Notes: a model not told the origin generated them from the sequence alone. Counted from the stretch's first letter, positions 8,416 through 18,054 are shown. The stretch is DNA of 64,000 nucleotides from Candidatus Borkfalkia faecipullorum (GCA_019114245.1 DXFX01000071.1:1681-65680), one strand, 5' to 3'. Program-made: numbers and translations.

Positions 8416-10584
8416 ATGAACAAACAGAAAGTCAGCATACTTGCATTGATCGTTGCGTTTGCGCTCTGCGTGGCGGCAGCTTGCCTGTCCGTCGGGTTTA
8501 TGGGCGCGGGTGCTGCGGCAAACGTTACCTATTCGGGCGTGTTTACCACAAGCGGCGCAACCAAAGAGGACAGCGAGGACAATTACCTCACCTACAAGCT
8601 GGGCGAAGGCGGCACCGTCACCCTGCGCAAAAACCTTGCGCTGAAATGGTACTCCTTTGCAGACGCCGAAAACAAGACGGTCACCGATGCCGGCGCGGCG
8701 CAGTACTTCACTCTCAAACTCTCTCTGGCAGATTCCGTTTTCACCTCCTTCACGGTGGCGATGGAAAGCACGCAGATGAGCATGAGCAAGGAAGGCAAGA
8801 CGGTCAATGAGGTCGTGTTCACGCCTGCCGACGGCGGAAAAGTCAATGTTTCCGTCAACGATGCGGAGGGCGCAGTCGCTCTTTCCGCCGCCGATCTCAC
8901 CATTTCCTTTACGGGCGACGACGGCAACGGCAACTTCGACGTCAGCGTTTCCGACGGCACCGATACGGTGACGGGAACGTTTGCCAACGTCGGCAAATAT
9001 TATGCGCAGTATGCTTCTTCTTCCGCAACCACGCCCATCACGCCGCTCACCTTCAAGGCGGAAGGAAAGGACGTGCTGTTCTCGGTCAAGGAGCTCAACG
9101 GACAGAGCTTCCTGCTCGACGCGGATGAGAAGATTTCGGACAACGTGGCTCCCGCTCTGGTCATCAACAGCGAGATCAAACAGCTCGTTCTCGGCGAACA
9201 GATCGATTTCGACTATGTCGCCATCGATGTCTGCTCCACCTCCATCACCACCACGCGCTACTATCTCGTGGAGGGGATGCCCGTCATGGACGGCGAAGAG
9301 GAAGTGACGGCAAAGTTTGACGAAGACGGCAAACTCGTCGGATACAACGATTTGGATACGGACAAGCGCTTCAACGAGACGGATTTCCCCGACAACAATA
9401 TCGACGGCGGCGTGCTGAGCATTGCCTTCCGTCTGACGGACGGCAACTCCAACAGCGGCTACTACTTCATCGAATGGTACGCGGGCGGCACGCTGAACAT
9501 GGTCAACCCCAACAGCGTGGAAACCACCCCTGAAGTGCAGTTTGTTTCCACCACGGACAACGCCGTGGACGCGGACAACAAATATGCCGACAACATCACG
9601 GCATACCAGAATGCCGTCACGCAGGCCGCTCTGAAAGACGGCAAGAGCATCCAGGTCGGCAGCGGCGCTTACTACTACATTCCTTCCCTCAAAGCATACA
9701 TTTCCGACGATTCCTGCGGCTACACGGATATGAAGTTCACCGTGTATTACCGCACCAACACCAGCGATACCCAGACCGTTTCGGGTGAATACGACGATCT
9801 GCGCATCCCCGTCAGCACGGAAGGGGATTACGCGTTCCGCGTCGTTCCCACCAACAGCGCGGGCAACGTGATGATCGGCCTCATCGAACAGGCGGACGGA
9901 ACGTACCGTCCCGAAGAAGTCTCTTCTTCCAACGTCTGGGATGTGAAAAACCTGGTCACGTTTACCTTCAGCGTCCGCTATTACGGCGCATCCATCGAGG
10001 AGCCGGAAGAGGCGGAAACGGGTTACAGAGACGCAACGTACACCGTCGAAGATTTCGAGATCATCGCGCTCAGCGGCTACAAGACGGAATACAAACTCTT
10101 CCTGTTTGAAGCCAACAGCGGCGTCACCGTCTCCTCCATTTCCCAAATCAAGGAAGCGGAACAGGCGGACGGCACCAACACCCTCGGCACCTGGAAAGAG
10201 ATCTCCAAGTACGATTCCTCTCTCGCCGATGACGAAGGCGACAACCTGTACAACTGGAATCCCGACAACTCCCTCAGCTTTGTGCCGCAGGAGATGGGAT
10301 ATTACAAAGTGCAGGTGACGGTGGACGATCAGAGCGGCATCACCCAGAACGAGGACGGTTCCTATCCCTCCGCTTACCAGATCATCGGTATCACGGCGGA
10401 AGCGGTCGTCATTCCCGGCACCACCTACTGGCTGCAGAACAACATCCTTTCCGTGGTCTTCCTCGGCGTCGGCGTGCTCTGCCTCATCGGCATCGTCGTC
10501 CTGCTGGTCGTCAAGCCCAAGGACAAGGTCGCAGAAGACAAGGCGCGTGAAGAAGAACTCAAAAACAAACGCGCAGGCAGATAA
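8416..10584 (+). CDS. Large secreted/surface protein with an N-terminal signal sequence and a C-terminal TM anchor (about 722 aa)
   Basis: MNKQKVSILALIVAFALCVAAACLS signal-like N-terminus. C-terminal ILSVVFLGVGVLCLIGIVVLLVV followed by a charged tail. The ORF track starts at 8395; the ATG at 8416 is preferred because GGAG lies upstream. Confidence 0.7.
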   Translation: MNKQKVSILALIVAFALCVAAACLSVGFMGAGAAANVTYSGVFTTSGATKEDSEDNYLTYKLGEGGTVTLRKNLALKWYSFADAENKTVTDAGAAQYFTLKLSLADSVFTSFTVAMESTQMSMSKEGKTVNEVVFTPADGGKVNVSVNDAEGAVALSAADLTISFTGDDGNGNFDVSVSDGTDTVTGTFANVGKYYAQYASSSATTPITPLTFKAEGKDVLFSVKELNGQSFLLDADEKISDNVAPALVINSEIKQLVLGEQIDFDYVAIDVCSTSITTTRYYLVEGMPVMDGEEEVTAKFDEDGKLVGYNDLDTDKRFNETDFPDNNIDGGVLSIAFRLTDGNSNSGYYFIEWYAGGTLNMVNPNSVETTPEVQFVSTTDNAVDADNKYADNITAYQNAVTQAALKDGKSIQVGSGAYYYIPSLKAYISDDSCGYTDMKFTVYYRTNTSDTQTVSGEYDDLRIPVSTEGDYAFRVVPTNSAGNVMIGLIEQADGTYRPEEVSSSNVWDVKNLVTFTFSVRYYGASIEEPEEAETGYRDATYTVEDFEIIALSGYKTEYKLFLFEANSGVTVSSISQIKEAEQADGTNTLGTWKEISKYDSSLADDEGDNLYNWNPDNSLSFVPQEMGYYKVQVTVDDQSGITQNEDGSYPSAYQIIGITAEAVVIPGTTYWLQNNILSVVFLGVGVLCLIGIVVLLVVKPKDKVAEDKAREEELKNKRAGR

Positions 10585-10598
10585 TTTCAGCCTTTCAC

Positions 10599-10631
10599 GG
10601 CCCCGCACAGCGTGCGGGGCCGCAGTTTTTT
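10599..10631 (+). terminator. Rho-independent terminator
   Basis: ggccccgca/tgcggggcc stem followed by gcagtttttt. Confidence 0.8.
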
Positions 10632-10645
10632 CTCAAAACGCCGCA

Positions 10646-10683
10646 GCGGGCAGAAACGCATTTGCGTTTCTGCCCGCTTTTTT
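10646..10683 (+). terminator. Second tandem terminator
   Basis: gcgggcagaaacgca/tgcgtttctgcccgc 15-bp stem followed by tttttt. Confidence 0.85.
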
Positions 10684-10743
10684 AAATCCTTTGAGGGAAA
10701 GGGGGCATTCATAAGCGGGAGGGGGTGCGGCATACAATATCGC

Positions 10744-10971
10744 ATGGACTTATCTCAGGTACAAGCAGGCAAAACCGCCGTCATCTTGCAGGAAGATCTG
10801 CCGCCCCTCGTACGGCTTCGCTTAAAGGCGCTCAACCTCTCGGAGGGGCGCAGGGTGCGCGTGGTTCGCGTCGCGCCTTTCGGCGGGGTGCGGATGTTTG
10901 AGGCGGAGGGGGTCCGCTTTGCCCTGCGCGCGGAAACGGCGCGCAGGATCCTTGTGGAGGTGCTGTCGTGA
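10744..10971 (+). CDS. feoA: FeoA-family iron transport protein
   Basis: 75 aa, LSQVQAGKTAVI..RLRLKALNLSEGRRVRVV SH3-like FeoA pattern. Translationally coupled to feoB. Confidence 0.8.
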   Translation: MDLSQVQAGKTAVILQEDLPPLVRLRLKALNLSEGRRVRVVRVAPFGGVRMFEAEGVRFALRAETARRILVEVLS

Positions 10972-12779
10972 ACATTCTCTTTGCGGGAAATCCGAATTGC
11001 GGAAAATCCACTCTGTTCAATGCGGTCACGGGCGCGCACGCGCGCACGGGCAACTGGCAGGGGGTCACGGTGGGCGCCCTGTCCCGCCGCGCAAAACTGG
11101 GCAAAAGGGAAGTCACCTTTACCGACCTCCCCGGGGTGTATTCGCTGCAGGCGTATTCGCTGGAAGAAAAGGAGGCGAGCGCCGCCCTGCGCGGCAGTTT
11201 CGACGCCGCCGTGTGCGTCGCGGACGCGCTCACCCTTCCCCGCTCTCTTGCGCTGTTGGGGGACATCCTGGCGCAGGGAACGCCCGTCCTTTTGGTCGTC
11301 ACCATGGCGGATCTTTTGCGGCGCAGGGGCGGTTTTCTGGACGAAAAACGCCTTTCCGAACGGCTGGGCATTCCCGTGCTGCTGGTGGATTCGCACAGCA
11401 AGGGGGACGTTGCGCGCCTTCGCCGCGCGCTGGAAGAGGGGGCGCCCCGCCGCGCCGCTCCCCCGCGGCAGGACGTGCTTTCGGGCATCTATTCTGCGGG
11501 AACGGCCGAGGAGAGCAGGCTGGAAAAGCTCTTTTACAATAAATACTTTGCCCTGCCTTTCTTTTTGTTTTTGCTCTTTTGTACCTTCTTTTTCGCCTTT
11601 GCACCCTTTATGCCGGGCGCGCTGTGCAAAGATCTGCTGGAAAACGCGATCTCCGCGCTGGGCGATCTTCTGGCGGAGAGCATCCGCTCTGCGGGCGCGG
11701 TCGCGGCAGGGGAATTTGTGCGCGCACTTTTTTCCGGCGTGGGGATGCTTTTGTCCTTTCTGCCGCAGATCTTTATTCTGTATCTCGCCCTCTTTCTGAT
11801 GGAGGAGAGCGGGTATCTTTCCTCCCTCGCCTTTATGACGGACGGGCTGTTTTCCCGCGTGGGTCTGACGGGCAGGGCGGTCTTTTCCGTGCTGATGGGG
11901 TTCGGGTGTACGGCAACGGCCATTCTCACCACCCGCGGACTGGAAAACAAGAGCCTGCAGACGCGCGTCGTGTGCATCCTCGCCTACGTTTCCTGCAGTG
12001 CAAAAATGCCCGTCTATCTCACCCTGTGTTCCGCCTTTTTTGCGCATCCCTTTTTTGCCGTCGTCGCGGTGTACTTTGCGGGGGTACTCATCGCGTTCGG
12101 GGCGGCGCTCGCCCTGCGCGGCGGGGAGGAGACCTTTATCCTTGAAATAGCGCATTTACAGCGCCCCCGCCTGCGCGTGGCCGCAAAATCGTTGCTATTT
12201 TCCCTCAAACAGTTTATAATAAAAATTGTCACGGTGGTTGCCGCCTTTCTGGTCGTTTTGTGGTTTGCGCTCTCTTTCTCGTTCACCTTTGAATACGTGG
12301 GCGCCGACAGCGAAAACAGCATTCTCGCCATGCTTTGCAGGGGACTTTGCGTGCTGTTTTATCCCATGGGGATACGGCAATGGCAGGTGGCGCTTGCCGC
12401 CTTTTCGGGGCTGGTCGCCAAGGAGAGCGTCGCGGGGACGCTGGCTCTCTTTTACGGGGAAAACCTCACGCAGGCGATGAGCGCCTCTTCCGCGGCGGCG
12501 TTTCTGCTCTTTATGATGACCTGTTCCCCCTGCGTATCCGCCATAGCCGCCACCGCCAAGGAACTGGGCCTGCGCCGCGCCCTGCAGATCGCCGCTCTGC
12601 AGACGGCAACCGCGTTCGGCGCTGCCTATCTTTTATACGCTCTGCTTGCGGGCGGCGCACTCGTCGCGTGCATTGCGGCGCTGGTTCTGCCCGTCGCGGC
12701 GGGGATCTTGCTGAAAGGAAAACGTCATGCAAAAATTCACGGTACAAAAAAGGGGAAATTTAAGAGATTTCACCGATGA
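10968..12779 (+). CDS. feoB: Ferrous iron transporter FeoB
   Basis: G-domain GNPNCGKSTLFN followed by a polytopic membrane domain. GTG start overlaps the feoA stop. Confidence 0.9.
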   Translation: MNILFAGNPNCGKSTLFNAVTGAHARTGNWQGVTVGALSRRAKLGKREVTFTDLPGVYSLQAYSLEEKEASAALRGSFDAAVCVADALTLPRSLALLGDILAQGTPVLLVVTMADLLRRRGGFLDEKRLSERLGIPVLLVDSHSKGDVARLRRALEEGAPRRAAPPRQDVLSGIYSAGTAEESRLEKLFYNKYFALPFFLFLLFCTFFFAFAPFMPGALCKDLLENAISALGDLLAESIRSAGAVAAGEFVRALFSGVGMLLSFLPQIFILYLALFLMEESGYLSSLAFMTDGLFSRVGLTGRAVFSVLMGFGCTATAILTTRGLENKSLQTRVVCILAYVSCSAKMPVYLTLCSAFFAHPFFAVVAVYFAGVLIAFGAALALRGGEETFILEIAHLQRPRLRVAAKSLLFSLKQFIIKIVTVVAAFLVVLWFALSFSFTFEYVGADSENSILAMLCRGLCVLFYPMGIRQWQVALAAFSGLVAKESVAGTLALFYGENLTQAMSASSAAAFLLFMMTCSPCVSAIAATAKELGLRRALQIAALQTATAFGAAYLLYALLAGGALVACIAALVLPVAAGILLKGKRHAKIHGTKKGKFKRFHR

Positions 12780-13551
12780 ACACTATCCGCAGGGCTCTTT
12801 TGCCCTCAGCCGCCTGCTCCGCGCGGGGGATGTGCGCGTCAACGGCGTAAGGGTGAGCAAAAACGTCCCCCTCGAAGCGGGGGACGAGGTCGTCTATTAC
12901 ACCACCGCCAAGGACGAGGAGCGCGTCTTTTATCGGGAGATCTACCGCGACGAAAATATTCTCGTCGTGGATAAGTTTGCGGGGGTCAATTCGGAGGCGC
13001 TCGCCGAACATCTTTTCCGCGCCTGCGGCGCCAGATTTATACACCGTCTGGACAGAAACACCTGCGGGGTCATGTGCTTTGCGCTCAACGACGAAGCGGA
13101 AAAACAGCTGCTTGCCGCCTTCCGCGAACGCCGCGCGGAAAAGGTGTACCGTGCGATCTGTTTTCATCCCTTCCGCCGCAAGAGCGCCGTCTGTGCGGCA
13201 TATCTCGTCAAGGACGAGCGCGCCGCCCGCGTCAAGATCTTTGACGAACCCGTCCGCGGCTCGGAAAAGATCCTCACGGAATACCGCGTGCTCGAAGACC
13301 ACGGAGAATATTCCCTCGTGGAGATCCGCCTGCACAGCGGAAAGACGCATCAGATCCGCGCGCACCTCGCTTTTCTGGGCAATCCCGTGGCGGGGGATGA
13401 AAAGTACGGGGACGAAGTCCTCAACCGGAAATACCACGTAAAACGGCAGATCCTCGTGGCAAGCTCCCTCGCCTTTACGTTGCAGGGCAGGCTTTCCTAT
13501 CTCAGCGGCAGGGTGTTCTCCTCGTCCTTTTCCGCGGCTCTTCCGTCCTGA
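12727..13551 (+). CDS. RluA-family pseudouridine synthase with an S4-like N-terminus
   Basis: HRLDRNTCGVMCFALN, SGKTHQIRAHLAFLGNPVAGDEKYG. Confidence 0.8.
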   Translation: MQKFTVQKRGNLRDFTDEHYPQGSFALSRLLRAGDVRVNGVRVSKNVPLEAGDEVVYYTTAKDEERVFYREIYRDENILVVDKFAGVNSEALAEHLFRACGARFIHRLDRNTCGVMCFALNDEAEKQLLAAFRERRAEKVYRAICFHPFRRKSAVCAAYLVKDERAARVKIFDEPVRGSEKILTEYRVLEDHGEYSLVEIRLHSGKTHQIRAHLAFLGNPVAGDEKYGDEVLNRKYHVKRQILVASSLAFTLQGRLSYLSGRVFSSSFSAALPS

Positions 13552-13584
13552 ATCAGGGCCCGCGCTTTTATAAAATACGATTTT

Positions 13585-13617
13585 AAAACCGCTACAAAGT
13601 TGTAGCGGTTTTATTTT
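13585..13617 (+). terminator. Rho-independent terminator
   Basis: aaaaccgctaca/tgtagcggtttt stem followed by attttg. Confidence 0.85.
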
Positions 13618-13627
13618 GTCATTTTTC

Positions 13628-13656
13628 TTGACATTTGATTCTGAAAGTATTAATAT
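13628..13656 (+). promoter_or_regulatory. Promoter TTGACA-17-TAATAT, with ATTAAT palindromic cores that are a possible ArsR operator
   Basis: Hexamers read directly. TTAATAT recurs at 13650-13656 and 13668-13674. Confidence 0.6.
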
Positions 13657-13700
13657 ATGAATAGAAATTAATATGTAAACCAATTTTAACGGAGGGCGTT

Positions 13701-14066
13701 ATGGCGGAAAGAGAGAATGCGTTGGAAGCGTGCGAGCATGAAATGCTTGCCGTGCGCGCGAAAAAGGCGATGCCGAAGGAAGAGGACGTGGCGCAGATGT
13801 GCGCGGCGTTCAAGGCGATCGGCGAACCTTCCCGCATGAAGATCCTGCTTGCCTTGATGGAAGGGGAGATGTGCGTCTATCACATTGCGCACGCGGTGGA
13901 CGGGTTGCAGAGCAACGTCTCCCACCAGCTTCGCCTGTTGAAAGATGCAAAGATCATCCGTTCGCGCAGGGAGGGGAAAAATATTCTGTATTCCATCGCG
14001 GACGAACACATAGCCAGCATTATTCTGATGAGCAAGGCGCACCTGCACTGTGAGCCGAAGGAGTGA
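13701..14066 (+). CDS. ArsR/SmtB-family metal-responsive repressor
   Basis: FKAIGEPSRMKILLAL..GEMCVYHIA..SNVSHQLRLLKDAKII wHTH signature. Confidence 0.85.
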   Translation: MAERENALEACEHEMLAVRAKKAMPKEEDVAQMCAAFKAIGEPSRMKILLALMEGEMCVYHIAHAVDGLQSNVSHQLRLLKDAKIIRSRREGKNILYSIADEHIASIILMSKAHLHCEPKE

Positions 14067-14070
14067 CGGT

Positions 14071-16167
14071 ATGAACAAAGAGATCAAGATCACGGGGCTG
14101 GATTGCGGCAAATGCGCGCTGGATCTGGAAGATCGTCTGAAAAAAACGGAGGGCGTTTCCTCTGCGCACGTGGATTTTGTGCGGCAGAGAGTGCGCCTGG
14201 ATTGCGACGGGGAGAAGTCCTATCAAAAGGCGATCGAACAGATCAACGGGTTTGAGGACGTGCGCGTCGTGGAACAGCCTTCGCGCGCAGGTTTGGCGGC
14301 TGCGCATAAAACGGAGATCGTCTGCGTGGCGCTTTCCTTCGTCTTTCTGGCGGCGGGGATCGTGCTGGAACAGCTTGCCTCCGGCCTCGCGGCGGAAATT
14401 GCGCAGTATATCCTGTTCGGACTTTCCTATTTTATTGTCGGCTGGAAGATTTTGTGGAACACGGTGAAAAACCTTTCCCGCGGGGAAATTTTTGACGAAA
14501 ACTTTCTCATGACGGTCGCCAGTATCGGCGCCATCGCGCTGGGGCAGTATGCCGAGGCGGCGGAAGTCATGGCGCTGTACAGTCTGGGCGAGTTGCTCCA
14601 GTCGATCGCGGTGGGCGCATCGCGCAGGTCGATCGCGTCGCTCATGCAGCTCAAGAGCGAAACGGCGACCCTCCTCACCGAGCAGGGAGAAAAGATCGTC
14701 CCGCCCGAAGAGATCAAAAAGGGAGACCGCCTGCTGATCAAGGCGGGTGAAAAGATCGCCGCGGACGGCGTGATCGTGCGCGGCAGGACTTCCCTGGACA
14801 CCCGGTCTCTGAGCGGCGAAGCGATGCTTCGCGACGTCGGGGAAGGGGACAAGGTGCTGGGCGGCTGCATCAACGTCGGCGGCGTCATCGAAGTGGTCGC
14901 GGAAAAGGACTATTCGGAGAGCACGGTGGCAAAGATCCTCGACCTCGTGGAAAACTCCACCTCCAAAAAGGCGAAGAGCGAGCAGTTCATCACCAAATTT
15001 TCCAGGATCTACACCCCCGTCGTCTGCATTGCGGCGCTTCTCGTGGCCTTTCTCGCGCCCGTGTTTACGGGAAATTACGTCGCCAATCTGGGCAGCTGGG
15101 TCAACCGCGCGCTCGTCTTTCTCGTGATCTCCTGCCCGTGCGCGCTGGTCATTTCCGTGCCGCTCTCCTATTTCAGCGGTATCGGGTTTGCGGCAAAACA
15201 CGGCGTTCTGGTCAAGGGCTCCACGGGGTTGGATGCGCTTGCCGCCGCGCGCATTGCCGCCTTTGACAAGACGGGCACTTTAACTTACGGAAACTTCGTC
15301 ATCGGAAACGTGTACGGCGAGGACAAAGACCTGCTGCTTGCGGTTGCCGCCGCGGCGGAAAAAAATTCCTCTCACCCGCTGGCGGAAGCCTTCCGCGACC
15401 TGCCCGTAAAGGATGAAGCGACGGACGTTCAGGAGCGCGCCGGCTACGGGATCGAATGCACGATCGGCGGCGAGCGCGTCCTGGCGGGGAACAAAAAACT
15501 GATGGACGTATACGGGATTTCCGTGCAAAACGTCGAGGACGCAGGCACGCTCGTCTACGTTGCGAAGGGCGGAAAGTACCTCGGCTGCGTGGTCATTGAG
15601 GACAAGATCAAGGAAAACGCGCGCGATGCGCTTGCACAGCTGAAAAAGGAGGGGATCTCCGCCTGCTATATGCTGACGGGCGACAGCCGCCGCCGCGCGG
15701 AAGCGGTGGCAAAACAGGTGGGCGTGGACGGCGTGTATGCCGAACTTCTCCCCGCTGACAAGCTGACGACGGCGCAGCATCTGCAGGAACAGGGCAAACT
15801 CATGTACGTGGGGGACGGCATCAACGATGCGCCCGTCCTCGTACAGGCGGATGCGGGCGTTTCGATGGGCGGCGTCGGCAGCGACGCGGCGATCGAGGCT
15901 TCGGAAGTCGTGCTGATGCGCGACGATCTCTCCCTGCTGCCTTTTGCCAAAAAGACGGCGCGCCGCACGCGCGTCATCGTGTTTGAAAACATCGTGTTTT
16001 CCATTGCCGTCAAGGTGATCATCATGGCGCTGGGGCTGTTCAATCTCATTCCCCTGGGGCTCGCGGTGTTTGCCGACGTGGGCGTCATGCTGCTGGCGGT
16101 GTTCAATTCTTTCCGCACGAGGATCGAATTCAGCCGTCCTGCCTCTCCCGAAAAGTGTAAGATCTGA
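14071..16167 (+). CDS. Heavy-metal (Cd/Zn/Co-type) translocating P1B-type ATPase
   Basis: N-terminal HMA-like GLDCGKCA, CPC motif (SCPCALVIS), DKTGTLT, GDGINDAP. The ATG at 14071 after AAGGAG is preferred over the track start at 14050. Confidence 0.9.
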   Translation: MNKEIKITGLDCGKCALDLEDRLKKTEGVSSAHVDFVRQRVRLDCDGEKSYQKAIEQINGFEDVRVVEQPSRAGLAAAHKTEIVCVALSFVFLAAGIVLEQLASGLAAEIAQYILFGLSYFIVGWKILWNTVKNLSRGEIFDENFLMTVASIGAIALGQYAEAAEVMALYSLGELLQSIAVGASRRSIASLMQLKSETATLLTEQGEKIVPPEEIKKGDRLLIKAGEKIAADGVIVRGRTSLDTRSLSGEAMLRDVGEGDKVLGGCINVGGVIEVVAEKDYSESTVAKILDLVENSTSKKAKSEQFITKFSRIYTPVVCIAALLVAFLAPVFTGNYVANLGSWVNRALVFLVISCPCALVISVPLSYFSGIGFAAKHGVLVKGSTGLDALAAARIAAFDKTGTLTYGNFVIGNVYGEDKDLLLAVAAAAEKNSSHPLAEAFRDLPVKDEATDVQERAGYGIECTIGGERVLAGNKKLMDVYGISVQNVEDAGTLVYVAKGGKYLGCVVIEDKIKENARDALAQLKKEGISACYMLTGDSRRRAEAVAKQVGVDGVYAELLPADKLTTAQHLQEQGKLMYVGDGINDAPVLVQADAGVSMGGVGSDAAIEASEVVLMRDDLSLLPFAKKTARRTRVIVFENIVFSIAVKVIIMALGLFNLIPLGLAVFADVGVMLLAVFNSFRTRIEFSRPASPEKCKI

Positions 16168-16172
16168 TTTTT

Positions 16173-16202
16173 TGCCGCCTCCGCTCTGCGGAGGCGGCTT
16201 TT
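16173..16202 (+). terminator. Rho-independent terminator
   Basis: gccgcctccgc/gcggaggcggc stem followed by ttttt. Confidence 0.9.
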
Positions 16203-16267
16203 TGCGCTTGTGTCATGGCGGAATATGACATTTTTTTGCCGAAAACGAAAAAGATGAGCGTAAGTAT

Positions 16268-16296
16268 TTGCTTTTGTTAAAAACTTGTGATAAAAT
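16268..16296 (+). promoter_or_regulatory. Promoter TTGCTT-17-(TGa)TAAAAT with extended -10
   Basis: Hexamers and TG read directly, about 120 nt upstream of the permease start. Confidence 0.6.
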
Positions 16297-16310
16297 AGAG
16301 AAAAATATAA

Positions 16311-16333
16311 AAAGACAAGGCGCCTTGTCTTTT
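16311..16333 (+). terminator. Terminator-like hairpin inside the permease leader (possible attenuator)
   Basis: aagacaagg/ccttgtctt stem followed by ttt. Lies between the promoter and the RBS. Confidence 0.35.
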
Positions 16334-16412
16334 TCCCTTTTCAGGGAAAAAACGGATATTAGCCGCTGAAAATGCGGCCGATAGAATATTTTATACTTTT
16401 TGGAGGTTTCAG

Positions 16413-17939
16413 ATGGTTGAAAATCAGAATACCGAAGAGCCGAAAGTAGAGTCTGCGGACGTCGGCGGCGAAGCGGTTGCAGAGACCAAGTACACGGGCT
16501 TCCTCGGAAAAGTGGACAACTACTTCGGCATTACGAAGATGAAGTCCAGCTTCAAGACGGAAATGCTCGCGGGGCTGACCACATTCATGACGATGGTTTA
16601 CATCCTCATGGTCAATGCCAATATGTTCGGAAATCCGTATGGAACGGGCGAACTTATTGGCGTGTCGTATGGAGCAATGTACATTGTCACCGCTCTTGCG
16701 GCGATCGTCGGTACTCTTCTCATGGCATTCCTGGCAAAACTGCCTTTCGCGCAGGCTCCGGGTATGGGATTAAATGCGTTTTTTGTTTACACTATCTGTC
16801 TTGGGATGGACGGTAGGTACTCTTATGCAAACGCATTACTCATTGTGCTTTGCTCTGGTATACTTTTCCTGCTTTTAACCATCGTCGGAGCGCGTAAAAC
16901 GATTGTCCGTTCCGTTCCGGAATCGATTCGTATTGCAATCCCTGCAGGTATCGGCCTGTTCATTGCGTTTGTCGGTATGCAGAATGCGGGCATCGTCGCT
17001 TTGGATACTTCTACAAAAGTTACTCTTGTATCTTTTAACTTGCTGAAGTTTACTACAAGTGGGGCAGCAATGATTGCAGCGGCAGTTGCTTTCATTTCCT
17101 TACTTATGATCGCTATTTTCTCCAAACTGAACGTTCGCGGGGCGATGGTTTTTGGTATCATCGGCAGTGCCATCCTGTACTACATCTTTATCGGAATCGG
17201 ATATGCTGCAGGTTCTGCATCCTGTGAAGCGGTTTTCAATGAAATCAAATTTGAAGATCCCATTTCAGCATTCAAAAAGTTTGGTACGGAATCCTTTGGA
17301 CAGGTATTCATTGAAGGGTTTAAAGGTATAGGTGGCGCGGAGATCTTTGACTTTATCGCGGCGCTCATCGCGTTTGCAATGGTCGATATGTTCGATACCA
17401 TCGGTACCCTGATGGGAACTTGCCAGGCGGCCGGCAAAGAAAGCGGCCTGCTCGATGAAACGGGCGAAGTGAAAAACATCCAGAGAGCGCTCCTTTGCGA
17501 CTCCATCGCAACCTGCACGGGCGCGATCCTCGGTACTTCCACCGTCACGACCTTCGTCGAATCTTCTGCAGGCGTAGCGGAAGGCGGCAGGACGGGTCTG
17601 ACCTCTTTGGTCGTCGCTGTTCTGTTTGCGATCGCTATGTTCCTCAGCCCCATCGCGGCGCTCGTTCCTTTCTGCGCAACGGCAGGCGCTCTCATGTATG
17701 TCGGCGTACTCATGATGCGTAACGTTACGAACATCGACTGGAAAGATCCCGCAGCGGCTGTTCCCGCATTCCTCACTATCTCCGTGATGAGCTTTACCTA
17801 TTCCATCTCTTACGGTATTGCGGCGGGCTTCCTCTCCTATACGATCATCAAGCTCTGCACAGGTAAAGTCAAAGAGATCAGTCCTGTTACGGCGATCCTC
17901 AGCCTCGTGTTCCTGTTCACCTTCCTGTTCACGCACTGA
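16413..17939 (+). CDS. NCS2/AzgA-family purine (adenine/guanine/hypoxanthine) permease
   Basis: FKTEMLAGLTTFMTMVYILMVN, polytopic, and ESSAGVAEGGRTGLTS motif. Confidence 0.85.
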   Translation: MVENQNTEEPKVESADVGGEAVAETKYTGFLGKVDNYFGITKMKSSFKTEMLAGLTTFMTMVYILMVNANMFGNPYGTGELIGVSYGAMYIVTALAAIVGTLLMAFLAKLPFAQAPGMGLNAFFVYTICLGMDGRYSYANALLIVLCSGILFLLLTIVGARKTIVRSVPESIRIAIPAGIGLFIAFVGMQNAGIVALDTSTKVTLVSFNLLKFTTSGAAMIAAAVAFISLLMIAIFSKLNVRGAMVFGIIGSAILYYIFIGIGYAAGSASCEAVFNEIKFEDPISAFKKFGTESFGQVFIEGFKGIGGAEIFDFIAALIAFAMVDMFDTIGTLMGTCQAAGKESGLLDETGEVKNIQRALLCDSIATCTGAILGTSTVTTFVESSAGVAEGGRTGLTSLVVAVLFAIAMFLSPIAALVPFCATAGALMYVGVLMMRNVTNIDWKDPAAAVPAFLTISVMSFTYSISYGIAAGFLSYTIIKLCTGKVKEISPVTAILSLVFLFTFLFTH

Positions 17940-18054
17940 TCGCGTAAAAACAAAAAAAATCCCCGCGCCTCGGCACAAAAGCCTGGCGCGGGCTTTTCTT
18001 TTTCGGAAAAGTATGATATAATCAAAACAGAAAATTCTCCGCGGAGGAAAAACC

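Noticed and set aside
8323-10608. 761-aa minus-strand ORF opposite the surface-protein gene
   Set aside because: A shadow ORF with no motifs and biased composition. The + strand gene has a promoter, signal peptide, TM anchor and terminators.
10755-12155. 466-aa minus-strand ORF and several + strand alternative-frame ORFs within feoAB
   Set aside because: FeoB G-domain and membrane motifs define the true frame. The others are compositional artefacts.
16203-16412. Guanine/adenine riboswitch upstream of the purine permease
   Set aside because: It was expected from context, but I could not find the conserved junction motifs of the purine riboswitch by eye. It is kept only as an unexplained structured leader.
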